64,000 nt of DNA, taken from the NCBI GenBank assembly GCA_964016885.1, contig OZ024740.1, positions 18,476,001 to 18,540,000 on the forward strand, in the 5' to 3' direction. Shown one piece after another: positions 50,645-64,000 of this stretch. The position numbers and the translations under genes were made by a program. This DNA comes from Eledone cirrhosa. Its lineage: Eukaryota. Positions within the stretch are counted from its first letter, which is position 1. Each line of letters begins with the position of its first letter. Under the pieces are notes generated by a model. The model saw only the letters and a list, made by a program, of their open reading frames with translations. It was not told where the DNA came from and did not search any database.

Positions 50645-53600
50645 GTTGAGCTATACTAAAGGGCTTCACTGATAGGGTTATGTGTGTTATAATGTCCCAG
50701 TTGACCTATACTAAAGGGCTTCACTGATAGGGTTATGTGTGTTATAATGTCCCAGTTGACCTGTACTAAAGGGCTTCACTGATAGGGTTATGTGTGTTAT
50801 AATTTCCCAGTTGATCTATATTAAAGGGCTTCACTGATAGTGTTATGTGTGTTATAATGTCCCAGTTGACCTATACTAAAGGACTTCACTGATAGTGTTA
50901 TGTGTTATAATGTCCCAGTTGACCTATATTAAAGGGCTTCACTGATAGTGTTATGTGGGTTATAATGTCCCAGTTGACCTATACTAAAGGACTTCACTGA
51001 TAGTGTTATGTGTGTTATAATGTCCCAGTTGACCTATACTAAAGGGCTTCACTGATAGTGTTATATGTGTTATAATGTCCCAGTTGACCTATACTAAAGG
51101 GCTTCACTGATAGTGTTATGTGTGTTATAATGTCCCAGTTGACCTATACTAAAGGACTTCACTGATAGTGTTATGTGTGTTATAATGTCCCACTTGACCT
51201 ATACTAAAGGGCTTCACTGATAGTGTTATGTGTGTTATAATGTCCCAGTTGACCTATACTAAAGGGCTTCACTGATAGTGTTATGTGTGTTATAATTTCG
51301 CAGTTGACCTATACTAAAGGACTTCACTGATAGTGTTATGTGTGTTATAATGTCCCAGTTGACCTATACTAAATGACTTCACTGATAGTGTTATGTGTGT
51401 TATAATGTCCCAGTTGACCTATACTAAAGGGTTTCACTTATAGGGTTATGTGTGTTATAATGTCCCAGTTGACCTATACTAAAGGGCTTCACTGATAGTG
51501 TTATGTGTGTTATAATGTCCCAATTGACATATACTAAAGGACTTCACTGATAGTGTTATGTGTTATAATGTCCCAGTTAACCTATACTAAAGGGCTCCAC
51601 TGATAGGGTTATGTGTGTTATAATGTCGTAGTTAACCTATACTAAAGGGCTCCATTGATAGGGTTATGTGTGTTATAATGTCCCAGTTGATCTATATTAA
51701 AGGGCTTCACTGATAGGGTTATGTGTGTTATGATGTCCCAGTTGACCTATACTAAATGACTTCACTGATAGTGTTATGTGTTATAATGTCCCAGTTGACC
51801 TATACTAAAGGGCTTCACTTATAGGGTTATGTGTGTTATAATGTCCCAGTTGACCTATACTAAAAGGCTCCACTGATAGGGTTATGTGTGTTATAATGTC
51901 CCAGTTGACCTATACAAAAAGACTTCACTGATAGGGTTATGTGTGTTATAATGTCCCAGTTGACCTATACTAAAGGACTTCACTGATAGTGTTATGTGTG
52001 TTATAATGTCCCAGTTGACCTATACTAAAGGACTTCACTGATAGGATTATGTGTGTTATAATGTCTCAGTTGACCTATACTAAAGGGCTTCACTGATAGG
52101 GTTATGTGTGTTATAATGTCCCACTTGACCTATACTAAAGGACTTCACTGATAGGGTTATGTGCGTTATAATGTCTCAGTTGACCTATACTAAAAGGCTC
52201 CACTGATAGGGTTATGTGTGTTATAATGTCCCAGTTGACCTATACTAAAGGACTACACTGAAAGTGTTATGTGTGTTATAATGTCCCAGTTGACCTATAC
52301 TAAAGGGCTTCACTGATAGAGTTATGTGTGTTATAATGTCTCAGCTGACCTATACTAAAGGGCTTCACTGATAGGGTTATGTCTGTTATAATGTCCCAGT
52401 TGACCTATACAAAAGGACTTCACTGATAGGGTTATGTGTGTTATAATGCCCCAGTTGACCTATACTAAAGGACTTCACTGATAGGGTTATGTGTGTTATA
52501 ATGTCTCAGTTGACATATACTAAAGGGCTTCACTGATAGGGTTATGTGTGTTATAATGTCCCAGTTGACATATACTAAAGGACTTCACTTATAGGGTTAT
52601 GTGTTATAATGTCCCAGTTGACCTATACTAAAGGGCTCCACTGATAGGGTTATGTGTGTTATAATCTCCCAGTTGACCTATACTAAAGGACTTCCCTGAT
52701 AGTGTTATGTGTGTTATAATGTCCCAGTTGGCCTATACTAAAGGGCTTCACTGATAGGGTTATGTGTTATAATGTCCCAGTTGATCTATACTAAAGGACT
52801 TCACTGATAGGCTTATGTGTTATAATGTCTCAGCTGACCTATACTAAAGGGCTTCACTGATAGGGTTATGTCTGTTATAATGTCCCAGTTGACCTATACT
52901 AAAGGACTTCACTGATAGCGTTATGTGTGTTATAATGTCCCAGTTGACCTATACTAAAGGACTTCACTGATAGTGTTACGTCTGTTATAATGTCCCAGTT
53001 GACCTATACTAAAGGGCTCCAATAATAGTGTTATGTGTTATAATGTCGCAGTTGATCTATACTAAAGGACTTCACTGATAGGGTTATGTGTGTTATAATG
53101 TCCCAGTTGACCTATACTAAAAGACTTCACTGATAGTGTTATGTGTTATAATGTCGCAGTTGACCTATACTAAAGGACTTCACTGATAGGGTTATGTGTT
53201 ATAATGTCCCAGTTGACCTATACTAAAGGGCTTCACTGATAGTGTTATGTGTGTTATGTCCCAGTTGATCTATATTCAAGGGCTTCACTGATAGGGTTAT
53301 GTGTGTTATAATGTCCCAGTTGACCTATACTAAAGGGCTTCACTGATAGGGTTATGTGTGTTATAATGTCCCAGTTGACCTATACTAAAGGGCTTCACTG
53401 ATAGGGTTATGTGTGTTATAATGTCCCAGTTGACTTATACTAAATGACTTCACTAATAGTGTTTTGTGTGTTATAATGTCCCAGTTGACCTATACTAAAG
53501 GACTTCACTGATAGGGTTATGTGTGTTATAATGTCCCAGTTGAAGTATACTAAAAGACTTCACTGATAGGGTTATGTGTGTTATAATGTCCAAGTTGACC

Positions 53601-56600
53601 TATACTAAAGGACTTCACTGATAGTGTTATGTGTTATAATGTCCCAGTTGACCTATACTAAAGGGCTTCACTGATAGTGTTATGTGTGTTACAATGTCCC
53701 AGTTGACCTATACTAAAGGGCTTCACTGATAGTGTTATAGTGTTATAATGTCCCAGTTGACCTATACTAAAGGGCTTCACTGATAGGGTTATGTGTGTTA
53801 TAATGTCCCAGTTGACCTATACTAAAGGACTTCACTGATATGGTTATGTGTGTTATAATGTACCAGTTGACCTATACTAATGGATTTCACTGATAGGGTT
53901 ATGTGTGTTATAATGTCCCAGTTGACCTATACTAAAGGACTTCACTGATAGGGTTATGTGTTATAATGTCCCAGTTGACTTATACTAAAGGACTTCACTG
54001 ATAGTGTTATGTGTTATAATGTCCCAGTTGACCTATACTAAAGGACTTCACTGATAGGGTTATGTGTTATAATGTCCCAGTTGACTTATACTAAAGGGCT
54101 TCACTGATAGTGTTATGTGTGTTATAATGTCTCAGTTGACCTATACAAAAGGACTTCACTGATAGTGTTATATGTTATAATGTCCCAGTTGACCTATACT
54201 AAAGGACTTCACTGATAGGGTTATGTGTGTTATAATGTCCCAATTGACCTATACTAAAGGACTTCACTGATAGTGTTATGTGTGTTGTAATGACCCAGTT
54301 GACCTATACTAAAGGGCTTCACTGATAGGGTTATGTGTGTTATAATGTCCCAATTGACCTATACTAAAGGGCTTCACTGATAGTGTTATGTGTGTTATAA
54401 TGTCCCAGTTGACCTATACTAAAGGACTTCACTGATAGGGTTATGTGTTATAATGTCCCAGTTGACCAATACTAAAGGACTTCACTGATAGTGTTATGTG
54501 TGTTATAATGTCCCAGTTGACCTATACTAAAAGGCTCCACTGATAGGGTTATGTGTGTTATCATGTCCCAGTTGACCTATACTAAAGGACTTCACTGATA
54601 GGGTTATGTGTGTTATAATGTCCCAGTTGACCTATACTAAAAGGCTCCACTGATAGGGTTATGTGTGTTATAATGTCCCAGTTGACCTATACTAAAGGAC
54701 TTCACTGATAGTGTTATGTGTGTTATAATGTCAGAGTTGACCTATACTAAAAGGCTCAACTGATAGTGTTATGTGTTATAATGTCCAAGTTGACCTATAT
54801 TAAAGGACTTCACTGATAGGGTTATGTGTGTTATAATGTCCCAGTTGACCTATACTAAAGGGCTTCACTGATAGTGTTATGTGTTATAATGTCCCAGTTG
54901 ACCTATACTAAAGTATTTCACTGATAGTGTTATAGTGTTATAATGTCCCAGTTGACCTATACTAATGGATTTCACTGATAGTGTCATGTGTGTTATAATG
55001 TCCCAGTTGACCTATACTTAAGGGCTTCACTGATAGGGTTATGTGTTATAATGACCCAGTTGACCTATACTAAAGGGCTTCACTGATAGGGTTATGTGTT
55101 ATAATGTCCCAGTTGACTTATACTAAAGGGCTTCACTGATAGTGTTATGTGTTATAATGTCCCAGTTGACCTATACTAAAGGGCTTCACTCATAGTGTTA
55201 TGTCTTATAATGTCCCAGTTGACCTATACTAAAGGGCTTCACTGATAGTGTTATGTGTGTTATAATGTCCCAGTTGACCTATACTAATGGATTTCACTGA
55301 TAGTGTCATGTGTGTTATAATGTCCCAGTTGACCTATACTAAAGGGCTTCACTGACAGGGTTATGTGTTATAATGTCCTAGTTGACTTATACTAAAGGAC
55401 TTCACTGATAGTGTTATGTGTTATAATGTCCCAGTTGACTTATACTAAAGGACTTTACTGATAGTGTTATGTGTTATAATGTCCCAGTTGACCTATACTA
55501 AAGGGCTTCACTGATAGTGTTATGTGTGTTATAATGTCCCAATTGACATATACTAAAGGACTTCACTGATAGTGTTATGTGTTATAATGTCCCAGTTAAC
55601 CTATACTAAAGGGCTCCACTGATAGGGTTATGTGTGTTATAATGTCGTAGTTAACCTATACTAAAGGGCTCCATTGATAGGGTTATGTGTGTTATAATGT
55701 CCCAGTTGATCTATATTAAAGGGCTTCACTGATAGGGTTATGTGTGTTATGATGTCCCAGTTGACCTATACTAAATGACTTCACTGATAGTGTTATGTGT
55801 TATAATGTCCCAGTTGACCTATACTAAAGGGCTTCACTTATAGGGTTATGTGTGTTATAATGTCCCAGTTGACCTATACTAAAAGGCTCCACTGATAGGG
55901 TTATGTGTGTTATAATGTCCCAGTTGACCTATACAAAAAGACTTCACTGATAGGGTTATGTGTGTTATAATGTCCCAGTTGACCTATACTAAAGGACTTC
56001 ACTGATAGTGTTATGTGTGTTATAATGTCCCAGTTGACCTATACTAAAGGACTTCACTGATAGGATTATGTGTGTTATAATGTCTCAGTTGACCTATACT
56101 AAAGGGCTTCACTGATAGGGTTATGTGTGTTATAATGTCCCACTTGACCTATACTAAAGGACTTCACTGATAGGGTTATGTGCGTTATAATGTCTCAGTT
56201 GACCTATACTAAAAGGCTCCACTGATAGGGTTATGTGTGTTATAATGTCCCAGTTGACCTATACTAAAGGACTACACTGAAAGTGTTATGTGTGTTATAA
56301 TGTCCCAGTTGACCTATACTAAAGGGCTTCACTGATAGAGTTATGTGTGTTATAATGTCTCAGCTGACCTATACTAAAGGGCTTCACTGATAGGGTTATG
56401 TCTGTTATAATGTCCCAGTTGACCTATACAAAAGGACTTCACTGATAGGGTTATGTGTGTTATAATGCCCCAGTTGACCTATACTAAAGGACTTCACTGA
56501 TAGGGTTATGTGTGTTATAATGTCTCAGTTGACATATACTAAAGGGCTTCACTGATAGGGTTATGTGTGTTATAATGTCCCAGTTGACATATACTAAAGG

Positions 56601-59600
56601 ACTTCACTTATAGGGTTATGTGTTATAATGTCCCAGTTGACCTATACTAAAGGGCTCCACTGATAGGGTTATGTGTGTTATAATCTCCCAGTTGACCTAT
56701 ACTAAAGGACTTCCCTGATAGTGTTATGTGTGTTATAATGTCCCAGTTGGCCTATACTAAAGGGCTTCACTGATAGGGTTATGTGTTATAATGTCCCAGT
56801 TGATCTATACTAAAGGACTTCACTGATAGGCTTATGTGTTATAATGTCTCAGCTGACCTATACTAAAGGGCTTCACTGATAGGGTTATGTCTGTTATAAT
56901 GTCCCAGTTGACCTATACTAAAGGACTTCACTGATAGCGTTATGTGTGTTATAATGTCCCAGTTGACCTATACTAAAGGACTTCACTGATAGTGTTACGT
57001 CTGTTATAATGTCCCAGTTGACCTATACTAAAGGGCTCCAATAATAGTGTTATGTGTTATAATGTCGCAGTTGATCTATACTAAAGGACTTCACTGATAG
57101 GGTTATGTGTGTTATAATGTCCCAGTTGACCTATACTAAAAGACTTCACTGATAGTGTTATGTGTTATAATGTCGCAGTTGACCTATACTAAAGGACTTC
57201 ACTGATAGGGTTATGTGTTATAATGTCCCAGTTGACCTATACTAAAGGGCTTCACTGATAGTGTTATGTGTGTTATTATGTCCCAGTTGATCTATATTCA
57301 AGGGCTTCACTGATAGGGTTATGTGTGTTATAATGTCCCAGTTGACCTATACTAAAGGGCTTCACTGATAGGGTTATGTGTGTTATAATGTCCCAGTTGA
57401 CCTATACTAAAGGGCTTCACTGATAGGGTTATGTGTGTTATAATGTCCCAGTTGACTTATACTAAATGACTTCACTAATAGTGTTTTGTGTGTTATAATG
57501 TCCCAGTTGACCTATACTAAAGGACTTCACTGATAGGGTTATGTGTGTTATAATGTCCCAGTTGAAGTATACTAAAAGACTTCACTGATAGGGTTATGTG
57601 TGTTATAATGTCCAAGTTGACCTATACTAAAGGACTTCACTGATAGTGTTATGTGTTATAATGTCCCAGTTGACCTATACTAAAGGGCTTCACTGATAGT
57701 GTTATGTGTGTTACAATGTCCCAGTTGACCTATACTAAAGGGCTTCACTGATAGTGTTATAGTGTTATAATGTCCCAGTTGACCTATACTAAAGGGCTTC
57801 ACTGATAGGGTTATGTGTGTTATAATGTCCCAGTTGACCTATACTAAAGGACTTCACTGATATGGTTATGTGTGTTATAATGTACCAGTTGACCTATACT
57901 AATGGATTTCACTGATAGGGTTATGTGTGTTATAATGTCCCAGTTGACCTATACTAAAGGACTTCACTGATAGGGTTATGTGTTATAATGTCCCAGTTGA
58001 CTTATACTAAAGGACTTCACTGATAGTGTTATGTGTTATAATGTCCCAGTTGACCTATACTAAAGGACTTCACTGATAGGGTTATGTGTTATAATGTCCC
58101 AGTTGACTTATACTAAAGGGCTTCACTGATAGTGTTATGTGTGTTATAATGTCTCAGTTGACCTATACAAAAGGACTTCACTGATAGTGTTATATGTTAT
58201 AATGTCCCAGTTGACCTATACTAAAGGACTTCACTGATAGGGTTATGTGTGTTATAATGTCCCAATTGACCTATACTAAAGGACTTCACTGATAGTGTTA
58301 TGTGTGTTGTAATGACCCAGTTGACCTATACTAAAGGGCTTCACTGATAGGGTTATGTGTGTTATAATGTCCCAATTGACCTATACTAAAGGGCTTCACT
58401 GATAGTGTTATGTGTGTTATAATGTCCCAGTTGACCTATACTAAAGGACTTCACTGATAGGGTTATGTGTTATAATGTCCCAGTTGACCAATACTAAAGG
58501 ACTTCACTGATAGTGTTATGTGTGTTATAATGTCCCAGTTGACCTATACTAAAAGGCTCCACTGATAGGGTTATGTGTGTTATCATGTCCCAGTTGACCT
58601 ATACTAAAGGACTTCACTGATAGGGTTATGTGTGTTATAATGTCCCAGTTGACCTATACTAAAAGGCTCCACTGATAGGGTTATGTGTGTTATAATGTCC
58701 CAGTTGACCTATACTAAAGGACTTCACTGATAGTGTTATGTGTGTTATAATGTCAGAGTTGACCTATACTAAAAGGCTCAACTGATAGTGTTATGTGTTA
58801 TAATGTCCAAGTTGACCTATATTAAAGGACTTCACTGATAGGGTTATGTGTGTTATAATGTCCCAGTTGACCTATACTAAAGGGCTTCACTGATAGTGTT
58901 ATGTGTTATAATGTCCCAGTTGACCTATACTAAAGTATTTCACTGATAGTGTTATAGTGTTATAATGTCCCAGTTGACCTATACTAATGGATTTCACTGA
59001 TAGTGTCATGTGTGTTATAATGTCCCAGTTGACCTATACTTAAGGGCTTCACTGATAGGGTTATGTGTTATAATGACCCAGTTGACCTATACTAAAGGGC
59101 TTCACTGATAGGGTTATGTGTTATAATGTCCCAGTTGACTTATACTAAAGGGCTTCACTGATAGTGTTATGTGTTATAATGTCCCAGTTGACCTATACTA
59201 AAGGGCTTCACTCATAGTGTTATGTCTTATAATGTCCCAGTTGACCTATACTAAAGGGCTTCACTGATAGTGTTATGTGTGTTATAATGTCCCAGTTGAC
59301 CTATACTAATGGATTTCACTGATAGTGTCATGTGTGTTATAATGTCCCAGTTGACCTATACTAAAGGGCTTCACTGACAGGGTTATGTGTTATAATGTCC
59401 TAGTTGACTTATACTAAAGGACTTCACTGATAGTGTTATGTGTTATAATGTCCCAGTTGACTTATACTAAAGGACTTTACTGATAGTGTTATGTGTTATA
59501 ATGTCCCAGTTGACCTATACTAAAGGGCTTCACTGATAGTGTTATGTGTGTTATAATGTCCCAGTTGACCTATACTAAAAGACTTCACTGATAGGGTTAT

Positions 59601-62600
59601 GTGTGTTATAATGTCCCAGTTGACCTATACTAAAGGACTTCACTGATAGGGTTATGTGTGTTATAATTTCCCAGTTGACCTATACTAAAGGACTTCACTG
59701 ATAGGGTTATGTGTGTTATAATGTCCCAGTTGACCTATACTAAAGGGCTTCACTGATAGTGTTATGTGTGTTATAATGTCCCAGTTGACCTATACTTAAG
59801 GGCTTCACTGATAGTGTTATGTGGGTTGTAATGACCCAGTTGACCTATACTAAAGGGCTTCACCGATAGTGTTATGTGTGTTATAATGTCCAAGTTGACC
59901 TATAATAAAGGACTACACTGAAAGTGTTATGTGTGTCATAATGTCCCAGTTGACCTATACTAAACGGCTTCAGTGATAGTGTTTTGTGTGTTATAATGTC
60001 CAAGTTGACCTATACTAAAGGACTTCAGTGATAGGGTTATGTGTTATAATGTCCCAGTTGACCTATACTAAAGGGCTTCACTGATAGTGTTATGTGTGTT
60101 ATAATGTCCCAGTTGACCTATACTAAAGGACTTCACTGATAGGGTTATGTGTGTTATAATTTCCCAGTTGACCTATACTAAAGGACTTCACTGATAGGGT
60201 TATGTGTGTTATAATGTCCCAGTTGACCTATACTTAAGGGCTTCACTGATAGTGTTATGTGTGTTATAATGTCCCAGTTGACCTATACAAAAGGACTTCA
60301 CTGATAGTGTTATATGTTATAATGTCCCAGTTGACCTATACTAAAGGACTTCACTGATAGTGTTATGTGTGTTGTAATGACCCAGTTGACCTATACTAAA
60401 GGGCTTCACGGATAGGGTTATGTGTGTTATAATGTCCCAATTGACCTATACTAAAGGACTTCACTGATAGTGTTATGTGTGTTATAATGTCCCAGTTGAC
60501 CTATACTAAAGGACTTCACTGATAGTGTTATGTATTATAATGTCCCAGTTGACCTATACTAAAGGACTTCACTGATAGGGTTATGTGTTATAATGTCCCA
60601 GTTGACCAATACTAAAGGACTTCACTGATAGTGTTATGTGTGTAATAATGTCCCAGTTGACCTATACTAAAAGGCTCCACTGATAGGCTTATATGTGTTA
60701 TAATGTACCAGTTGACCTATACTAAAAGGCTCCACTGATAGGGTTATGTGTGTTATAATGTCCCAGTTGGCTTATACTAAAGGACTTCACTGATAGGGTT
60801 ATGTGTGTTATAATGTCCCAGTTGACCTATACTAAAAGGCTCCACTGATAGTGTTATGTGTTATAATGTCCAAGTTGACCTATATTAAAGGACTTCACTG
60901 ATAGGGTTATGTGTGTTATAATGTCCCAGTTGACCTATACTAAAGGGCTTCACTGATAGTGTTATGTGTTATAATGTCAGAGTTGACCTATACTAAAGTA
61001 TTTCACTGATAGTGTCATGTGTGTTATAATGTCCCAGTTGACCTATACTAATGGATTTAACTGATAGTGTCATGTGTGTTATAATGTCCCAGTTGACCTA
61101 TACTAAAGGCTTCACTCATAGTGTTATGTGTTATAATGTCCCAGTTGACCTATACTAAAGTATTTCACTGATAGTGTTATAGTGTTATAATGTCCCAGTT
61201 GACCTATACTAATGGATTTCACTGATAGTGTCATGTGTGTTATAATGTCCCAGTTGACCTATACTAAAGGCTTCACTCATAGTGTTATGTGTTATAATGT
61301 CCCAGTTGACCTATACTTAAGGGCTTCACTGATAGGGTTATGTGTGTTATAATGTCCCAGTTGACCTATACTAAAGGACTTCACTGATATGGTTATGTGT
61401 GTTATAATGTACCAGTTGACCTATACTAATGGATTTCACTGATAGGGTTATGTGTGTTATAATGTCCCAGTTGACCTATACTAAAGGACTTCACTGATAG
61501 GGTTATGTGTTATAATGTCCCGGTTGACTTATACTAAAGGACTTCACTGATAGTGTTATGTGTTATAATGTCCCAGTTGACCTATACTAAAGGACTTCAC
61601 TGATAGGGTTATGTGTTATAATGTCCCAGTTGACCAATACTAAAGGACTTCACTGATAGTGTTATGTGGGTTGTAATGTCCCAGTTGACCTATACTAAAA
61701 GGCTCCACTGATAGGGTTATGTGTGTTATAATGTCCCAGTTGACTTATACTAAAGGGCTTCACTGATAGTGTTATGTGTGTTATAATGTTTCAGTTGACC
61801 TATACAAAAGGACTTCACTGATAGTGTTATATGTTATAATGTCCCAGTTGACCTATACTAAAGGACTTCACTGATAGGGTTATGTGTGTTATAATGTCCC
61901 AATTGACCTATACTAAAGGACTTCACTGATAGTGTTATGTGTGTTGTAATGACCCAGTTGACCTATACTAAAGGGCTTCACTGATAGGGTTATGTGTGTT
62001 ATAATGTCCCAATTGACCTATACTAAAGGGCTTCACTGATAGTGTTATGTGTGTTATAATGTCCCAGTTGACCTATACTAAAGGACTTCACTGATAGGGT
62101 TATGTGTTATAATGTCCCAGTTGACCAATACTAAAGGACTTCACTGATAGTGTTATGTGTGTTATAATGTCCCAGTTGACCTATACTAAAAGGCTCCACT
62201 GATAGGGTTATGTGTGTTATCATGTCCCAGTTGACCTATACTAAAGGACTTCACTGATAGGGTTATGTGTGTTATAATGTCCCAGTTGACCTATACTAAA
62301 AGGCTCCACTGATAGTGTTATGTGTGTTATAATGTCCCAGTTGACCTATACTAAAGGACTTCACTGATAGTGTTATGTGTGTTATAATGTCAGAGTTGAC
62401 CTATACTAAAAGGCTCAACTGATAGTGTTATGTGTTATAATGTCCAAGTTGACCTATATTAAAGGACTTCACTGATAGGGTTATGTGTGTTATAATGTCC
62501 CAGTTGACCTATACTAAAGGGCTTCACTGATAGTGTTATGTGTTATAATGTCCCAGTTGACCTATACTAAAGTATTTCACTGATAGTGTTATAGTGTTAT

Positions 62601-64000
62601 AATGTCCCAGTTGACCTATACTAATGGATTTCACTGATAGTGTCATGTGTGTTATAATGTCCCAGTTGACCTATACTTAAAGGCTTCACTGATAGGGTTA
62701 TGTGTTATAATGTCCCAGTTGACCTATACTAAAGGGCTTCACTGATAGGGTTATGTGTTATAATGTCCCAGTTGACTTATACTAAAGGGCTTCACTGATA
62801 GTGTTATGTGTTACAATGTCCCAGTTGACCTATACTAAAGGGCTTCACTCATAGTGTTATGTCTTATAATGTCCCAGTTGACCTATACTAAAGGGCTTCA
62901 CTGATAGTGTTATGTGTGTTATAATGTCCCAGTTGACCTATACTAATGGATTTCACTGATAGTGTCATGTGTGTTATAATGTCCCAGTTGACCTATACTA
63001 AAGGGCTTCACTGACAGGGTTATGTGTTATAATGTCCTAGTTGACTTATACTAAAGGACTTCACTGATAGTGTTATGTGTTATAATGTCCCAGTTGACTT
63101 ATACTAAAGGACTTTACTGATAGTGTTATGTGTTATAATGTCCCAGTTGACCTATACTAAAGGGCTTCACTGATAGTGTTATGTGTGTTATAATGTCCCA
63201 GTTGACCTATACTAAAAGACTTCACTGATAGGGTTATGTGTGTTATAATGTCCCAGTTGACCTATACTAAAGGACTTCACTGATAGGGTTATGTGTGTTA
63301 TAATTTCCCAGTTGACCTATACTAAAGGACTTCACTGATAGGGTTATGTGTGTTATAATGTCCCAGTTGACCTATACTTAAGGGCTTCACTGATAGTGTT
63401 ATGTGGGTTGTAATGACCCAGTTGACCTATACTAAAGGACTTCACTGATAGTGTTATGTGTGTTATAATGTCCTAGTTGACTTATACTAAAGGACTTCAC
63501 TGATAGTGTTATGTGTTATAATGTCCCAGTTGACTTATACTAAAGGACTTTACTGATAGTGTTATGTGTTATAATGTCCCAGTTGACCTATACTTAAGGG
63601 CTTCACTGATAGTGTTATGTGTGTTATAATGTCCCAGTTGAACTATACTAAAAGACTTAACTGATAGGGTTATGTGTTATAATGTCTCAGTTGACCTATA
63701 CAAAAGGACTTCACTGATAGTGTTATATGTTATAATGTCCCAGTTGACCTATACTAAAGGACTTCACTGATAGTGTTATGTGTGTTGTAATGACCCAGTT
63801 GACCTATACTAAAGGGCTTCACTGATAGGGTTATGTGTGTTATAATGTCCCAATTGACCTATACTAAAGGACTTCACTGATAGTGTTATGTGTGTTATAA
63901 TGTCCCAGTTGACCTATACTAAAGGACTTCACTGATAGTGTTATGTATTATAATGTCCCAGTTGACCTATACTAAAGGACTTCACTGATAGGGTTATGTG
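50645..64000. repeat. 55/53-bp satellite, >13.3 kb, consensus GTTGACCTATACTAAAGGRCTTCACTGATAGKGTTATGTG(TG)TTATAATGTCCCA
   Basis: Period 55 (50700, 50755...); the 53-bp variant lacks one TG; open at the window end. Confidence 0.98.

Overview
Gene-poor, repeat-saturated eukaryotic DNA, most likely from a coleoid cephalopod such as Octopus (inferred from the SINE types, the density of (TA)n/(CA)n/(TATG)n and the LINE mix; not verified). No intact host gene is supported, and most listed ORFs are microsatellite artefacts. Contents: (i) three tandem arrays, each tied to a transposon: 32-bp (1-2902, from RTE coding sequence), 41-bp (4099-4667, from a SINE head) and 55/53-bp (50645-end, next to a hAT-like end, with a ~4.02-kb higher-order repeat); (ii) two near full-length RTE LINEs, one with a PHD-like finger and one with three C-terminal C2H2 fingers; (iii) R4/Dong-like elements sitting in (TATG)n or (TAT)n; (iv) remnants of at least three Penelope-like lineages; (v) tRNA-type SINEs, Helitron-like pieces and a (TATG)n-tailed non-autonomous family. 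The most notable feature is a cluster of type I hammerhead ribozyme motifs at 9.8-17.5 kb (three unrelated families, nine copies, plus degenerate ones). It includes a tandem ~427-bp non-coding retrozyme-like unit and overlaps a ~7.8-kb inverted duplication.
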